This document shows positions 1 to 13,897 of a stretch of 64,000 bases of DNA, one piece after another; within the stretch, counting starts at the first letter, position 1; every line of letters starts with the position of its first letter. The DNA comes from Octopus sinensis (Eukaryota), in contig NC_043001.1 in NCBI RefSeq assembly GCF_006345805.1, positions 79,422,001 through 79,486,000 on the forward strand, written 5' to 3'. The notes beneath the pieces are model-generated. The model ran no database searches, was not told the DNA's origin, and saw nothing but the letters and a program-made list of their open reading frames with translations. Position numbers and translations under genes: made by a program.

Positions 1-109
1 TTAAATAATTTATTAAGTACACAGGATTCTAATGAAGAATACACACCTGCTGACTGAAATATGGTTTTTGAGAATTATTTGTCCTCTTGTTTTCACTCAT
101 TTGTATTTT

Positions 110-300
110 TTATCTGTTTCGAACACTAGAATACGGCCATGCTGTGGCAACATGCCTGTTTCAGTGATTACATTATAACCCCAGCAGTTACTTATTCTTT
201 AAGACTGGTACTTATTATATCGGTCTCTTTTACGGTGAAGTAAACAAACCAACACCGGTTGTCAAGCAGTGAAGAGTGACAAACACAAACACATTCAAGA
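110..300 (-). mobile_element. SINE family A, 3' half
   Basis: Reverse complement of the tail and body seen in full copies at 33684-34091 and 63262-63657 (ggccatgctg...cttattct...accggttgtcaagc). Ends approximate. Confidence 0.7.
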
Positions 301-697
301 ACGCACACACACACATACACACACATGCACATATGGTTTTATCTGTGAGCTATGATGGTTGTTGCAAAATTACAACTAGATTTCCTTGTCTAAATACCTT
401 TACACAATCTACGAACAACTTCGAAATGTCTAATTTTCAGGCAATTGACATTCCCGAAAATGTATTAGATTCTACTGATCTTGTTAAACAGCTATTTCGT
501 CGTGACACAAATTACAAATTCGAAACGACTATCCTGGGTTCGCCGATGAAGTGATCCCTGTTGGTTCCAAATGGATAAAGTATTACATACCAGAAGGAAA
601 AAAGGCTGTTACTTTATTCATATGCATCAAACAGCATCTAATGATCATATTAAAGAAAAGCACAAAGAAACTTCCTGCAGTTGTCAATAAAAGGTTT

Positions 698-897
698 AAT
701 ACTTACGGAAAAATTCGTCTGTCTTTACGTTTTCGTTCTGAGTTCAAATTCCTCCGAGGTCTTCTTTACCTTTCATCCTTTCGGAATCGATAAATTAAGT
801 ACCAGTTGTGTACTAGAATTGATCCAATCGACTGGCCCCTCCCCCAAAATTTCGGACCATGTGCCTACAGTAGAAAAGAATACTTACGGAAAAAATT
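698..897 (+). mobile_element. 5'-truncated SINE family B with 19-bp TSD
   Basis: Body gttctgagttcaaattcc...cctttcatcctttcg...gtgcctacagtagaaa is flanked by exact direct repeats aatacttacggaaaaattc at 698-716 and 879-897. Confidence 0.8.
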
Positions 898-1053
898 CTT
901 TAAAATTTTTAGAACTCATAAACAATTAGAATATCTAAAACGTTCTCTCAGATTTGAAGAATCTATTTTCCGATGAAATAAAGGTGTTGAAAGGATTCAA
1001 TTTCCATACGCTAGTGAAAGTGAAGTAAACATTTTGAAAGGCAGGTAGATAAG

Positions 1054-1667
1054 CTGTCTAAAATATTTTTAAATGTTGACATAAAGGCATTTCGTGTGGA
1101 TAGGTGAGTTTATAACATCGACCCCATTGCTCAGCTGATTTTTATTTCATCGACCCCGAAAAGATGAAAGGTAAAGTCGACTTCAGCGGCTTGTGAACTC
1201 AGAGCGTAAGAACAGACGAAATGCTAATAATTTTCTTTGGCGTGCTAACGACTCTGCCGGCTCACCGCCATAAAACCTGTCTAAAATATTCGTTTCAAAG
1301 TTTGACGCAAAGGAAGCAATTTCATGGGAAGGGGTAAGACGATTATATTAACCCCAGTGCTTAACTGGTATTTAATTCATTGACCCCGAAAGGATAAAAA
1401 GCAAAGTCAACCACGGCGGTATTTGAACTCAGAACGTAAGGGCGGACGAAACGCCGCTAAACGTTTTGCCCAGAGTACTAACGATTCTGCCAGCTCACCG
1501 CCTTAAAACCTGTCTAAAATATTAATTTCATATTTTGGCACAAAGGTAACAGTTTCAGAGGAAAGAGCACATTGGCCTTAGTTCCTAACTGGTACTTATT
1601 TTATCGACCCCGAAAGACTGACATGCGAAATCCACCTTGGCGGAATTTGAAACCGGTCTAAAATATT
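1054..1667 (-). mobile_element. Three stacked SINE-B copies separated by one repeated target motif
   Basis: ctgtctaaaatatt at 1054-1067, 1277-1290, 1510-1523 and 1654-1667 (1 mismatch) brackets three progressively truncated minus-strand SINE-B units. Confidence 0.8.
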
Positions 1668-1694
1668 GCATTTGAGCAATATTTCAAAAATGAG

Positions 1695-1870
1695 TTGGGT
1701 AAAACTTGTAGTTTCGATTCCAAGAGCACACGTTGCGCGATCGTCTACAACAAAATAATTTCTATCATGTTACTCTGCTGCAGTTAGCTGTTAATGAGAA
1801 ACCTTGCGAGGGACTGACTTCCAGTTCAGGAGCAGTATTGTGATTTTGATCACTTATATACCATTGAAAT
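1695..1870 (+). mobile_element. Degenerate SINE family D-like fragment
   Basis: B-box-like gtttcgattcc, and a body resembling 58340-58440 (ctctgct-cagtt...acc-tg-ga...ttatat-cca). Confidence 0.35.
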
Positions 1871-2690
1871 CAAATAACAAGCCTTATGAAACTTAGAATT
1901 CGAGGTGTTATTGACGATTTTCAGCCATTTTAGACAATCACATTTCCCGTATGTCAACATCATTGAATGTTGTAAAAGCAAATGATACGAGACATTTTTT
2001 TCATTTGTATTACATTCAAAATACGATTAGTCAGCAATGAATGATTTAAAACTAACTTTAGAACGGAAGAAAACACGAAGGTCAAATTATGCCGCGCATG
2101 ATGTTATGGAAAGAACTTAACTCTCTACTTAAATCCATCATCTCCGACACCAAAATACAATTATCATGAAATTTATTTCAGTGTTCTTGTCATTTTCTTC
2201 CTTTCCTTCAAGGAACTGTTCGACCTCGAGTCATACAAAATACATACAAATATCGAAAAACGTCTCCTCAGTTCGGCGAAAGGCGACGCCTTATAAGATG
2301 AAGATTTGAGAATTCTATAGAAAAAGTGCCATGTTGTTATTGATTCATTGTTTATACTTATTCTCTGACAAATCTGTACAGACAACAAAGTTTATCAAGA
2401 ATTTTGAATAAAAGAGCTCTTTTTTCTTTTTTGATGCAACTTGTATCAACGTATGGCTTCGCCACATCTTATCTCAAGTAAATGAAGGCAATTAAAAAAG
2501 AGGGGAAAAAATAAGAATGAAGTCACTGCCAAACAATTACTTCTGAAGTTAAATGTGATATTCTGCTTCAATATACGGAATGTACAGTCAATTAATATAC
2601 GACAATTTTATAGATAACTACATAAAACACATCACTATATAAGCTTGTATGTACAGGTGTATTTCTATGCCTGTCTAAACACGTGATTAT

Positions 2691-2747
2691 CTAAGTATAC
2701 ATACATATACGCACATGCATATATATATATATATATATATAATATAT

Positions 2748-2778
<31 letters not shown>

Positions 2779-2786
2779 ATATATAT

Positions 2787-2830
<44 letters not shown>

Positions 2831-3235
2831 GTATATATATATATGTATATAATATATATGTATATATATATATGTATATATATCTATATGTATATATATA
2901 TATGTATATATATATATGCATATATATATATGTATATATATATATGTATATATATATATGTATATATATGTATGATATATATGTATATATATATATATGG
3001 GTATATGTATATATATATATATGTATATATATGTATATATATAGGTATATATATATATGTATATATATATAATGTATATATATATGTATATATATATATG
3101 TATATATATATATATGTATATTATATATATGTATATATATATATATATATAATATATGTATATTATATATATGTATATATATATGTATATATATATGTGT
3201 ATATATATATGTATATATATATGTATATCTATATG

Positions 3236-3266
<31 letters not shown>

Positions 3267-3292
3267 GTTATATATATATGTATATATATATG

Positions 3293-3323
<31 letters not shown>

Positions 3324-3475
3324 GTATATATATATATGTATATATATATGTATAATATATATATATTATATATATATGTATATTATATATGTATATATAT
3401 ATATATGGTATATATATATGTATATATATATGTATATATATATATATGTATATATATATGTATATATATATATAG

Positions 3476-3518
<43 letters not shown>

Positions 3519-3551
3519 GTATATATATAGTATATATATATGTATAGTATA

Positions 3552-3590
<39 letters not shown>

Positions 3591-3620
3591 TATGTATATA
3601 TAATGTATATATTATATATG

Positions 3621-3651
<31 letters not shown>

Positions 3652-3652
3652 G

Positions 3653-3706
<54 letters not shown>

Positions 3707-4262
3707 TATATGTATATGTATATATATATTGTATATATATATATGTATATATTATATATATATATATATAATATGTATATATATGTATATATATAATGTA
3801 TATATATATCTATGTATATATATATGTTATATATATATATGTATATAATATATATTATATATATAATATGTATATATTATATATGTATATATATATATTA
3901 TATATATGTATATGTATATATATGTATATGTATATATATATTATGTATATATATATAATGTATATATATATATATGATATATATATATATATGTATATAT
4001 AATATATATATATATATGGGTATATGTATATATATATATTGTATATATATAATATATATATATATATAGTATATATATATGCATATATATATGTATATAT
4101 ATATATGTATATATATGTATATATGTATATATATAATATATATATTATGTATATATAATATATATATATGTATATATATGTATATGTATATATATGTATA
4201 TTATATATATGTATTATATATATAGTATATATATATATATATGTATGTATGTATGTATGTAT
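2691..4262. repeat. About 1.57-kb degenerate (TA)n/(TATG) microsatellite
   Basis: Directly visible; it explains all the YI-rich ORFs here. Confidence 0.97.
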
Positions 4263-4704
4263 ATACGCACACGTACATACCTGCTACATAGATTACTGTT
4301 TTAGGTGAAAGAGCGGCTGCAGTTTGGGTGTGTGCATAAATTTTTTCTGTATTTCAAATACTAATTAACTTTTTTTATTTTTTATTTTATAAACTCATCA
4401 TTATGGCGATCTAACCGTGATGTTTAAAATTCTTCGAATTCCAAGTATTTACTTTTGAAGTCAGGTAAAGAAGATTTTTAAATTAAGTGAAGAAAAGATT
4501 GTATTTTAAAGACTTTTTCATATTCCTTTTCCCTCCCCGGTAGTTGAAAAAAATATTATATTATGTAAAATATTAGAAAAAAAAATACAAATTTTATTTT
4601 TAAAAATAATTTGTTTCAAAGAATTTGAGGATTAGCTGGGGATTTTTTACCATGTAATTTCCATTTGATAAATACAAGGAAATAAAATTGGATTCAAAGA
4701 AAAA

Positions 4705-4706
4705 AT

Positions 4707-4772
<66 letters not shown>

Positions 4773-4819
4773 ATGTGTGTGTGTGTGTATGTGTGTGTAT
4801 ATGTGTGTGTGTATATATG

Positions 4820-4850
<31 letters not shown>

Positions 4851-5135
4851 ATATGTGTGTGTGTGTATGTGTGTGTATATGTGTGTGTGTGTGTGTATAT
4901 ATATGTGTGGGTGTGTATATATGTGTGTGTATATATGTGTGTGTGTGTGTATATATATATGTGTGTGTGTGTGTATATATATATATGTGTGTGTGTGTGT
5001 ATATATATGTGTGTGTGTGCGTGTATATATGTGTGTGTGTGTATATATGTATGTGTGTACGTATGCATGTATATACACACACGCACATACATATGTCTGT
5101 GTATATATTTATGTATGTGTGTTGGTGAGTATGTG
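4705..5135. repeat. Compound (CA)n-(TA)n-(TG/TA)n microsatellite
   Basis: Directly visible. Confidence 0.95.
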
Positions 5136-5198
5136 TGTATAGGCGCACACAAATTTTTATGTACGTAGATGTACAAGGTGATCCCATTTTATTTCCAG

Positions 5199-5245
5199 AT
5201 TGAGTCTGCATTTGCATGTGTGCCTGTGTCTCAAAATCCCAATAG
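5199..5245 (+). CDS. Candidate 47-nt host exon (IESAFACVPVSQNPN-R)
   Basis: Acceptor cccattttatttccag and donor AG|gtatat; open in phase 0 to phase 2. Splice-signal inference only. Confidence 0.2.
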
Positions 5246-6403
5246 GTATATACATAGCGTGAGGAGTGTACGCTGAATCATAGTTAAGAATTGGGTACTA
5301 TTTGGGTGGAGAAATACTCCTAAAATTGCAATATAATTACTCAGAAGTAGCGAACAGCATGTCATGCATGCCACGCTTTCTTATCTTAGAGCTGTACATA
5401 TTAACAACTCCTATGTCATGGGGTGGTTCTAGCGAAAGTAACCGAACTATAGTCTCCTGATCCTTTGCTGAATTCTCAGAGAATGTTATATATTAATTTA
5501 GCCACTTGGACTTAGCAAAACCCTTGTCAATTCAACGGTGAAAATATACTGCCATGGGCAGCATCTTCTACTGATAACCATTATCTGCTTTGTTGACTTG
5601 GCAGTTAAGTTGTTTTGGTCGTGGAGCTTCGATCTTCTTACCCGTCAGCAATTACTTCTGCATCTTATCTAATCAAAATGGGGTGCTTGTTATTGGAAGG
5701 GGCAAAGTGATCGTTTCGGTCAGTGAGGCAGATATATAATTGGCCCTCTGAGAATATCATTTCACTATCATTATTCGGCTTTTCTGTTTTGTATGTATGT
5801 GTAAATTTTTTATTTATTTATTTATTTTTTTTTCATATTTCCGTCCGGGAATGTGGAGAACTGGCCGCAGGATTTTGAGAAGCTTACAGGTCAATGACGT
5901 CAACGCGATTGATGTTTTGATTAGATATATTAAGAAGGAAAAACGTAGAGTGATGACGATGTAATTGGTCCTCCAAACCAAGGCATTTGCTTGGTAGCTA
6001 TTTTATCGTGCCAGAAAGTGGAAGAAAGAGTAAAAGAGATGTACCTTAATAACATAAGGTATTTAATCTGAAACAGTACAGTGTGTGACAGAATCTTTAT
6101 GAACTACAATAATATAGATGTCTAAAATATATATCTACTTCGTAGGTCAATATATGATATCATACTTTAATATTGTCAGGACTGAGATCCTCGTTAACAG
6201 GCCCCTGATATTGAATAGGATACTAAACATTTATAGCATTCCAATGTTTCAGTTTTCTGTAGTAACTAGATTTGTTGACTATATTAACAGATTAGCAACT
6301 TATTTAACTGGTATAAGTCAAATGATAGCGACACAACTGAGGCGAAACCTAATATGGTTCGAAACTCACTTAACACTGCTCATTATTACTTTGGGGGAGA
6401 TCC

Positions 6404-6605
6404 GTTAGCACCCCGGGCTAAATGCTTCGCGGTATTTCGTCTGTCTTTTCGTTCTGAGTTCATATTCCTCATAGGTCGACTTTGCCTTTTATTCTTTCGG
6501 AGATCGATGAAATAAATACCAGTTCAGAACTGGGATTGATGTAATCAACATAACCCCTTCGCCAACATTTCAGACCTTGTGCATATAGCAGAAAGGATTA
6601 TTATT
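6404..6605 (+). mobile_element. SINE-B with (ATT) tail
   Basis: gttagcacc...gagttcatattcc...gtcgactttgcc...gaaaggattattatt. Confidence 0.8.
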
Positions 6606-6631
6606 ACTATTATTATCATTCCTTTATTATT

Positions 6632-6990
6632 TTTTTGTTTCAGTATTTGACTGCAGCCATGCTGAAGCATCGCCCGTAATCGAGTAAATCAACCCCAGGA
6701 CTTATTCTTTGTAAGCCTAGTAGTTATTCTATCGGTCTCTTTGGGAACGTAAACACACAAAAATCAGTTATCAATCGATAGTGGGGGAACAGACAGGCAC
6801 AAACATAAATATAAATCTCTATATATATATGTGTGTGTGTGTATATTTCAGTTTCCGTCTACCAAATCCACTCACAAGACATTGGTCGGGCTGAGGTTAT
6901 AGTGGAAGACACTGGCCCACGGTGCCACGCAGTGGGACTGAACTCGGAATCATGTGGTTGGGAAGCAAGCTACTTACCACACAGCTACGG
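6632..6990 (-). mobile_element. Near full-length SINE-A
   Basis: tRNA-like head (minus strand: gctgtgtggtaagtagcttgcttcccaaccacatgattccgagttcagtccc), internal TA/TG repeat, and the ...gactg-aaca tail. Confidence 0.85.
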
Positions 6991-7325
6991 GGTGGTTTTT
7001 TTTTTTTTAGTTTACGGAGAAATAGTTAAACTTACCCTAATTATATAGCTACTACATTTATTAATATATCATGTCTTGATACTGTAGCAACTGAGAGCTC
7101 CATTGACAGGCCTCAGTTATTAAATAAAGTGTGAACATTTACAACGTACAAATTAGTAGCTCCAATTCACTGAAGCTATTGGATTTGTTTAGTGTACAAA
7201 CAGATTGGTCGCTTGTTTTAATGGAAGTGATCGAGTGATGAAGACACTTCTGATGAAATAACCCAATACCGTTCGAAAATCGATTAAGGCTCTTCAGAGG
7301 TCTTTAAATCTACGGAGAAATAGAT

Positions 7326-7627
7326 AAATTTGCTTCCCAACCACATGGTTCCGGATTCAGTACCACTGCTTGGCACCTTAGGCAAGTGTCTTCTACTATA
7401 GCATCAGGCCGACCAAAGCTTTCTGAGTGGATTTGTCCCTAACCCACACACACACCATCTCTTGACAAGTGACGCTGCAGTGTTTATTCCCCGTAGCATA
7501 GCAGTTCGGCAAAAAAAAAAAGAACGATAGAATAAGTCCTGCGGTCGATTCCCTCAACTAAAACCCTTTAATGTGGTGCTTCAACACGGCCGCAGTCAAA
7601 TTACTGAAACGAGTAAAATAATAAAAG
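7326..7627 (+). mobile_element. SINE-A
   Basis: ttgcttcccaaccacatggttccggattcagt...ggcaagtgtcttctactatagc...ggccgcagtcaaattactgaaac. Confidence 0.85.
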
Positions 7628-7666
7628 TATACTTCTTACATAGGTTACATATATAAAGGCTATATG

Positions 7667-7800
7667 CTTTTGAGGTAGTGATATTTTAGCACATCGTCAA
7701 CTGTACTTAACTATCACTTATTTTATAAATTGCCAAAAATATGGTGTCAGTAGCATTTCAAATTTGAGTATAAAGACAGTTTTAAATAACGCCAGACAGA
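7667..7800 (+). repeat. Diverged ~135-bp repeat, copy 1 (copy 2 at 9068-9207)
   Basis: Collinear blocks cttttgaggt.gtga, acatcgt.a.ctg.actt, tcagt.gcattt, gagtataa and ttaaata.c.ccag.ca occur in both copies. Confidence 0.7.
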
Positions 7801-10800
7801 GTACAACAGTTATAACATATATTTATTATTACTCATCAAGTTAAGATTACAAGTTGCTAGAATTTTTAGCTCACTGGACAAATTCCGTCAAAGTTAACTT
7901 TGCCTTTCATCCTTTCGACGTCTAGAAAATAAGTATCATTTGAGCATTGGGGTCGATGCAATTGACTCGTTCTTCCTCTTAAAATGTCTAGCTTTATGAC
8001 TACAGAAGAAATAATTATTACTCATCATGCTTATTAGTATCCAAAATGTGGTTAGCACTGTCGATTAGGGTCAAACAAATAGTGGTGAACGTAATCGTTA
8101 GGGGCATCCGAGAAAATGACATCGTTTGCACTTGTGAGTTCAAATCCAATCGATATTATCTTTGGCGTCCATTCTTCTGGAATCAATATATATATATATA
8201 TACTAGTCAAGTAGAGGGGTGCGATTTTATATTCCTTTAAATCTTTTAAACATGAATGGAATTATAAGGGACATATATTACATTTGTGTATTTTCAAATA
8301 CATACATACATATGAGTCAATGATTGACTATTTCATAAATATAATGTTATTATATACCTTAGAATATTATTTAATAAATATAATCGTGTGATGATATAAA
8401 AAAATGTTTAACATGATGAACGCAACAAACGCATGGTTCAAGCTGTGTAAGATATGAAACAAGTGAGTCTTTAATACAAAAGAAATGAAAATATTATGAA
8501 ATGAATATCAAACAATACATATGTTTCACAAGAAGATTTTATAATTAAGTCCTTTAAGAACAGGTTGCACGTCTAATATCCTAATGAAGTTAGACAGGAG
8601 AGAAAGTGAGGCCGTGAACATGAACTTATCTTGCTCTCTCAGTTTGATGATATTGATGAGGCTGATGGGTGCAGAAAAATTGGTATTCTGATCAGAAAGT
8701 CCCCCCAATTCTTAATAAGAGTTAACACTAATAAGGTAGTGGTACCTAAATGAGCAGTGTGCTAAGACTAGTAGCTAAGAGAGCAATTCAGTATCCAAAG
8801 ACGCGTTGGAGAGTTTGGGATTACCATATCAATGTTTGATTGATTAGGATTTGTTTGTTTCGGGTGAGTGGTTACCTGAAATCGTGTCCCACCAAAAAAC
8901 AGCTATGGCATCAGTATAGCTCTTTCAGCGACTTCAACTAGAAATGTTGTCTCTACTGAGAGATCACTTATGACTGCAACCGTCTGATTCCTATCATTTC
9001 TAAGCGATTCTTCTACTTTCCTAACTATACCGATATGTGTATGTGTGTATTTGTAGAAGGTTGCAAACTTTTGAGGTGGTGACACTTGAGTACATCGTGA
9101 CCTGCACTTGATTATTACTTTATAAACTGCACCCCTCTTACCCCAAAAATGTCATCAGTGGCATTTAAATTGGAGTATAAGAACAGTATTAAATACCACC
9201 AGGCAAATGTCTACGGCTCTGGCAAATGATTGTTATAACCCGTCATTATAAGGCGGCGAGCTGTCAGAATCGTTAGATCTCCGCTGAAGTCGACTTTGCC
9301 TTTTATCCTTTCGGTGTGTGTGTGTGTGTGTGTGTGTGAGTGTGTGCACGATGTCAAAAATATCCTGCAGAAGATTAGAAGAGTGTGGAGTTGATTTAAA
9401 GTAAATATTTTAAGTTTATTATATTGGAAATTGCAAGATTCACGTCCCTGATTTTTGGGATTTATGCTGAATAGAGTAGGAAGAAAAAAATATTTGTAAC
9501 AGAACATTTTGTTTCGATACTGAGTAAATTCACTACACCATGATCGCTAGAGCCCCTTTAAAAAAATATCCTTAAAACAAAGAGCGAATTGAGGTGAGCT
9601 GCACGATAAGGAGAGAGAATGGAAAAAAATATCTACAATAATTTACAAATTTATGTAGAAAAATGTGTTTGAATAGGAACATAATGAGTGTGAGCTATTA
9701 AAATTAATGAGTGAAGAATTCATGCGATTACATTGCAAACAAAACACATTAAAAATGTATATTCATTTCAAAGCGTTAATTCGAAAATGTATATAAGCTC
9801 TAGCGAGGATTCATCCGTTGAAAATGTGTGTCGAAAATTTCGTTTGTGTGAGTGATGGTCAAACAGGATTGTATTAAAATAATTGAATTAAATATTCATG
9901 CAACTGAATTATAAATGAGATACCTTAACAATGAAAATTCTTTTAAGGGATATATATGTTACAATGTGCATGTGTGTGCGTGTGTATACAATAGAAATTT
10001 TTGACACTAAAGGAGGGGAAGAAGCGTCAAAAACACACAGGGCTGTCAGTATTCAGCGGATTCGAATTGATTTGAGATTTACCAATGATGTGAATTACGG
10101 TGGTCCAGAAGGCGTGAAGAAAATATATTTTTATACACCAGATCGAAGTATAGGGACAGAGAGGCAAAGAGGAAAAAGTTTCTAATTAGAGACAACTGAC
10201 AGTGGAGATTCAATAAAGAGAGAGAGGAAGTCTCGGTCTGAGCCTTTAGCTCCTTCGCACAGCCATGTTAGAAAAATCTTATTTGAGGCACTGTTGTCAT
10301 CTGCATCCTTTTGTAAATCTATTCCTTTACCCATGTGCGTGCGTGCGCGCATGTGAGTATGTGCGTGTGTGCCTGCGAGTATGTACGCATCGTGCATGTG
10401 CGTATGTATAAATCTCTCTAAATATATACACACACATGTATATATATATTTATGTACATGCATATTTATATATATATATATATATACATGCATAGAGATG
10501 TAAGTATGTACTTATATGCATATGTGTATATGTATATTATGCATGTGTTTGTTGTGGTTATTATGACAGGCTTCTTACAGTTTCCATCAGCCAAATCTAC
10601 TCACGCACTTTGGGCTATAGTAGAATGTACTTGCTCAAGGAGTCACCTAATCGATGAATCCAAGACCATCTGATTGGGAAGCAAGCTTTTCAACTAAAAC
10701 AACACTTCCACCAAATTTCTTTATACTTACTACGAATGAGGTACAGTTAAATCAGTAAATTTGATTTTAAAATTCAAATAAACAAATACTTTTTATATCC

Positions 10801-11024
10801 ATAATTAGTAATACGCCAAAGGTTGTTTTTCTATAATTAAACTCAACAGAAATATGCAATTAGAAATTCATTTACGTTGTAGCGTAATGAACTGATGTGG
10901 AGTCACTTTAACATTAGTTCTATTAAAAGCAATCTATGACACTTCCATATCTAAGAAAAGCGATATTTTAATTATAAAGGAATGTGTGGAATTATTGTAA
11001 GTAATATATTCTATATGAATTTCT

Positions 11025-12020
11025 AGGTGTGGCAGTTTAAGAAACTTGCTTTCGAATCATGCTATCTTTGGCTCAATCCCACTGTGCGGCCAATTGGGCA
11101 AGTCTCGTCCCCTATATCCACAGGATGATCAAATCTTTGTCAGTGGATTTGGGAGACGAAAACTTTGCGTTTATGTTTATCGCCTATGACCACTTAGCAA
11201 CCTGTGCTAATTTCTGTAAGTCCCTTAAAACTTCCTGGCCCTCTGATAGATTTTAAATCCTTATTACATACATATTTAAGGTGGAAAGCTGGTAGAATCG
11301 TTAGTGAGTCAGACAAAATGCTTCGCGGCATTTCGTCTGGCTCGTAACGTTCTTGATATAAAATCCACCGAGGCCTATTTTGCCATTTATCCTCTCGTGG
11401 TCCTCAAATCACGAATCAATTACTTGAATCCTCGTATTCGACTTTCTCCCCCAAACTCTGCGCCTGTGCCAAAATTTGAATTTAGTACTAACGCGGTGAG
11501 CTGGCAGAATTGTTAGCCCGCCAGAAAGAATACTTAGATGCATTCCTTTCGGTCTTACTTTCAAATTTCAAAAATCTACTGAGGTCGACCTTGCTTTTCG
11601 TCTACTAGGAATTAACAAAATGATCTGTAGTTGAGCACTGGGGGCAACTGTGATTGATTAGGCACTTAAACCCAAAATTTCAGGCCTCTTGGGGCATCAC
11701 CTTCGAGAAATTTTTTAGTCGAATGAATCGATCCAATAATTTTTTTTAAAGCCTGTTACTTATTCTATCACTCACGCAAAGTTACGGGTTCATAAGCACA
11801 CCAGCACCAGTTGTCAAACGGTGTTAGGGACGAAAAACAGACAAACACACACGCACATATGAAGGGCTTCTTTCAGTTTCCGTATACCAAATCCAGTTAC
11901 TAGGCGTTGCTCGGACTGAGGCTATAGGGGAAGAAACATTCCCAAGACACCACGCAATGGGACTGAACCCAGAAGAATGTGGTTAGGAAAAAAAATTCTT
12001 ACCGCCCAGCTACGCCTTCG
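11025..12020. mobile_element. Cluster: SINE-A 5' half (+), two SINE-B (+), SINE-A (-)
   Basis: A head at 11025-11230, B units at about 11280-11690, and a minus-strand A copy at 11690-12020, each matching other copies in the window. Confidence 0.75.
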
Positions 12021-12124
12021 CCTATTATATTTTTAAATAAATATTCACATTTTTGCTGTTTCACCTACATTTAATAGACCGTATTACTATACTAGATGTA
12101 AACGTCCAGCCCATCTATAGCGAC

Positions 12125-12210
<86 letters not shown>

Positions 12211-12500
12211 TTATATATATATGTGTGTGTGTGTGTGTATCGTTACACAAGATTTATTTCCCTGCTCTGTCTGGGGGCTATGAGTGCGATTTACTATACT
12301 TTTTGAATAATGTGTTCTCAATGTGGTTAATAGGTTTCTCGTTTGATGTTGAGTTGCGAGATCGATTGCAGCGTGCAGTTTATTACCTTGAAGTTGTATC
12401 GTTCTACCGGGAGTCTTACCTCAGTTTATTGCTTTTGTCTTATGTTTTATTTGAAGTTTAAAATTTCGGACCGTCATAGATTAATGTGCACACAAGCACA

Positions 12501-12541
<41 letters not shown>

Positions 12542-12647
12542 TATATATATATGCAGACAGGCACACACACAGAGACACACACAAAGTGTATGTACATGTG
12601 TACATATAAATATATATTAAAAAAATATATATATATGCATATACGGA

Positions 12648-12679
<32 letters not shown>

Positions 12680-12829
12680 CATATACACATACATACATAT
12701 ATCAACATTAAACGTTGATGTATAACTATATATAACTATATATTTACACACACGCACACACAAACATATATGTACATCTATCTATCTATCTATCTATATA
12801 TATATATTATATATATATATATATATTAT

Positions 12830-12878
<49 letters not shown>

Positions 12879-12999
12879 TTATATCTATGTATGTCAGTAT
12901 GTGATAAATATAAATGAATTCGGACACATTTTTTGGGTCCTTTATTCCTTTTTCCAATTGTTCACCTTCATTGATTCTCAGGTATGTATACCCACCTAT

Positions 13000-13754
13000 T
13001 ATATATCACATTCCTTTTATTGCCTGGTTGATTTCATTGCTGGTGTTACTCGGCTCGGTCAGCCCGACTCCATTGACAGTGACCCTGGAACATCTGCCAG
13101 TAACAGCCATAAAGTTTTACAGTTTGGTTTGGGAAAGCTAATCCAATAGGTTCACTGATACACCACACATTTGATGTTGATCATACATGGACGATGTGCC
13201 TGACAGTTTTCTCACAAACGTTCTATCTCTTCTGCAAGCGTTTTTGAAATTGTTGCTGCTGTCTTCTTCTTCTGCCAATCAGGAGTCACGCCATTAGTCA
13301 CAAAGAACAATCTCATATTCGAGCCTACTTTAAGCTACTAAGAATGTGTGTGGTAACTTGAAGATCCACCCACCACACACAATAGACCGGCGGTTGACCG
13401 GGGGCGAAAGATACGTTGTTATCATCATTCCGTAAACGGTGGCTTTTAACGGGTGGCGAGTTGAATCATCCTGAGTTACAGAGTATTCGCAATCTAGACT
13501 AGGGTTTGAAAGTTTACCACACCATAGTGGGTTACACCATGTTTCCTCTGTTTTGAGGCAGAAGTAGGAAAAAAGAGTGAAAGAAAGTTGTGGTGAAAGA
13601 GTACAGCGTAGTTCAACCCTACCTCCTCCGCCGGAGCTTCGTGGAGCTAAGGTGCTTTTGCTCAATAAGCACTCACAATACCCGGTCTGGGAATCGAAAC
13701 CGCTTTCTCACGATCGCGAGTCCGCTGTCCTAACCACTGGGCAATTGCGCCTCC
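13000..13754 (-). mobile_element. SINE-C head and body followed by about 550 bp of unassigned extension
   Basis: Minus strand ggcgcaattgcccagtggttaggacagcggactcgcg...gtttcgattcccagacc...gagtgcttattgagc matches 30231-30526 and 39826-40123 up to about 13570, then diverges. Left end uncertain. Confidence 0.55.
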
Positions 13755-13839
13755 ACCTGCTGCTGCTGTTGCACCTTATACTGTCGTTGTTGTTTTATTG
13801 TTATATCCTTCCTCTCCCCTTTGTTAATTTTCATCTTCC

Positions 13840-13840
<1 letters not shown>

Positions 13841-13897
<57 letters not shown>

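Noticed and set aside
276-793. ORFs 276-554 and 551-793 as genes
   Set aside because: They start or end in SINE and microsatellite sequence. The central part (AIDIPENVLDSTDLVKQLF...) is protein-like but unrecognised and has no convincing donor site.
1054-1667. CRISPR-like array (short repeats with spacers)
   Set aside because: Eukaryotic context; the spacers are 130-220-bp SINE copies and there are no cas genes.
5895-5902. CRE-like TGACGTCA (also near 57687)
   Set aside because: One or two octamer hits in 64 kb are expected by chance, and there is no transcription-start evidence.
10083-10098. Exact 16-mer caatgatgtgaattac repeated at 29635-29650
   Set aside because: An AT-rich 16-mer match is plausible by chance; the flanks do not align and it is not a proper C box.
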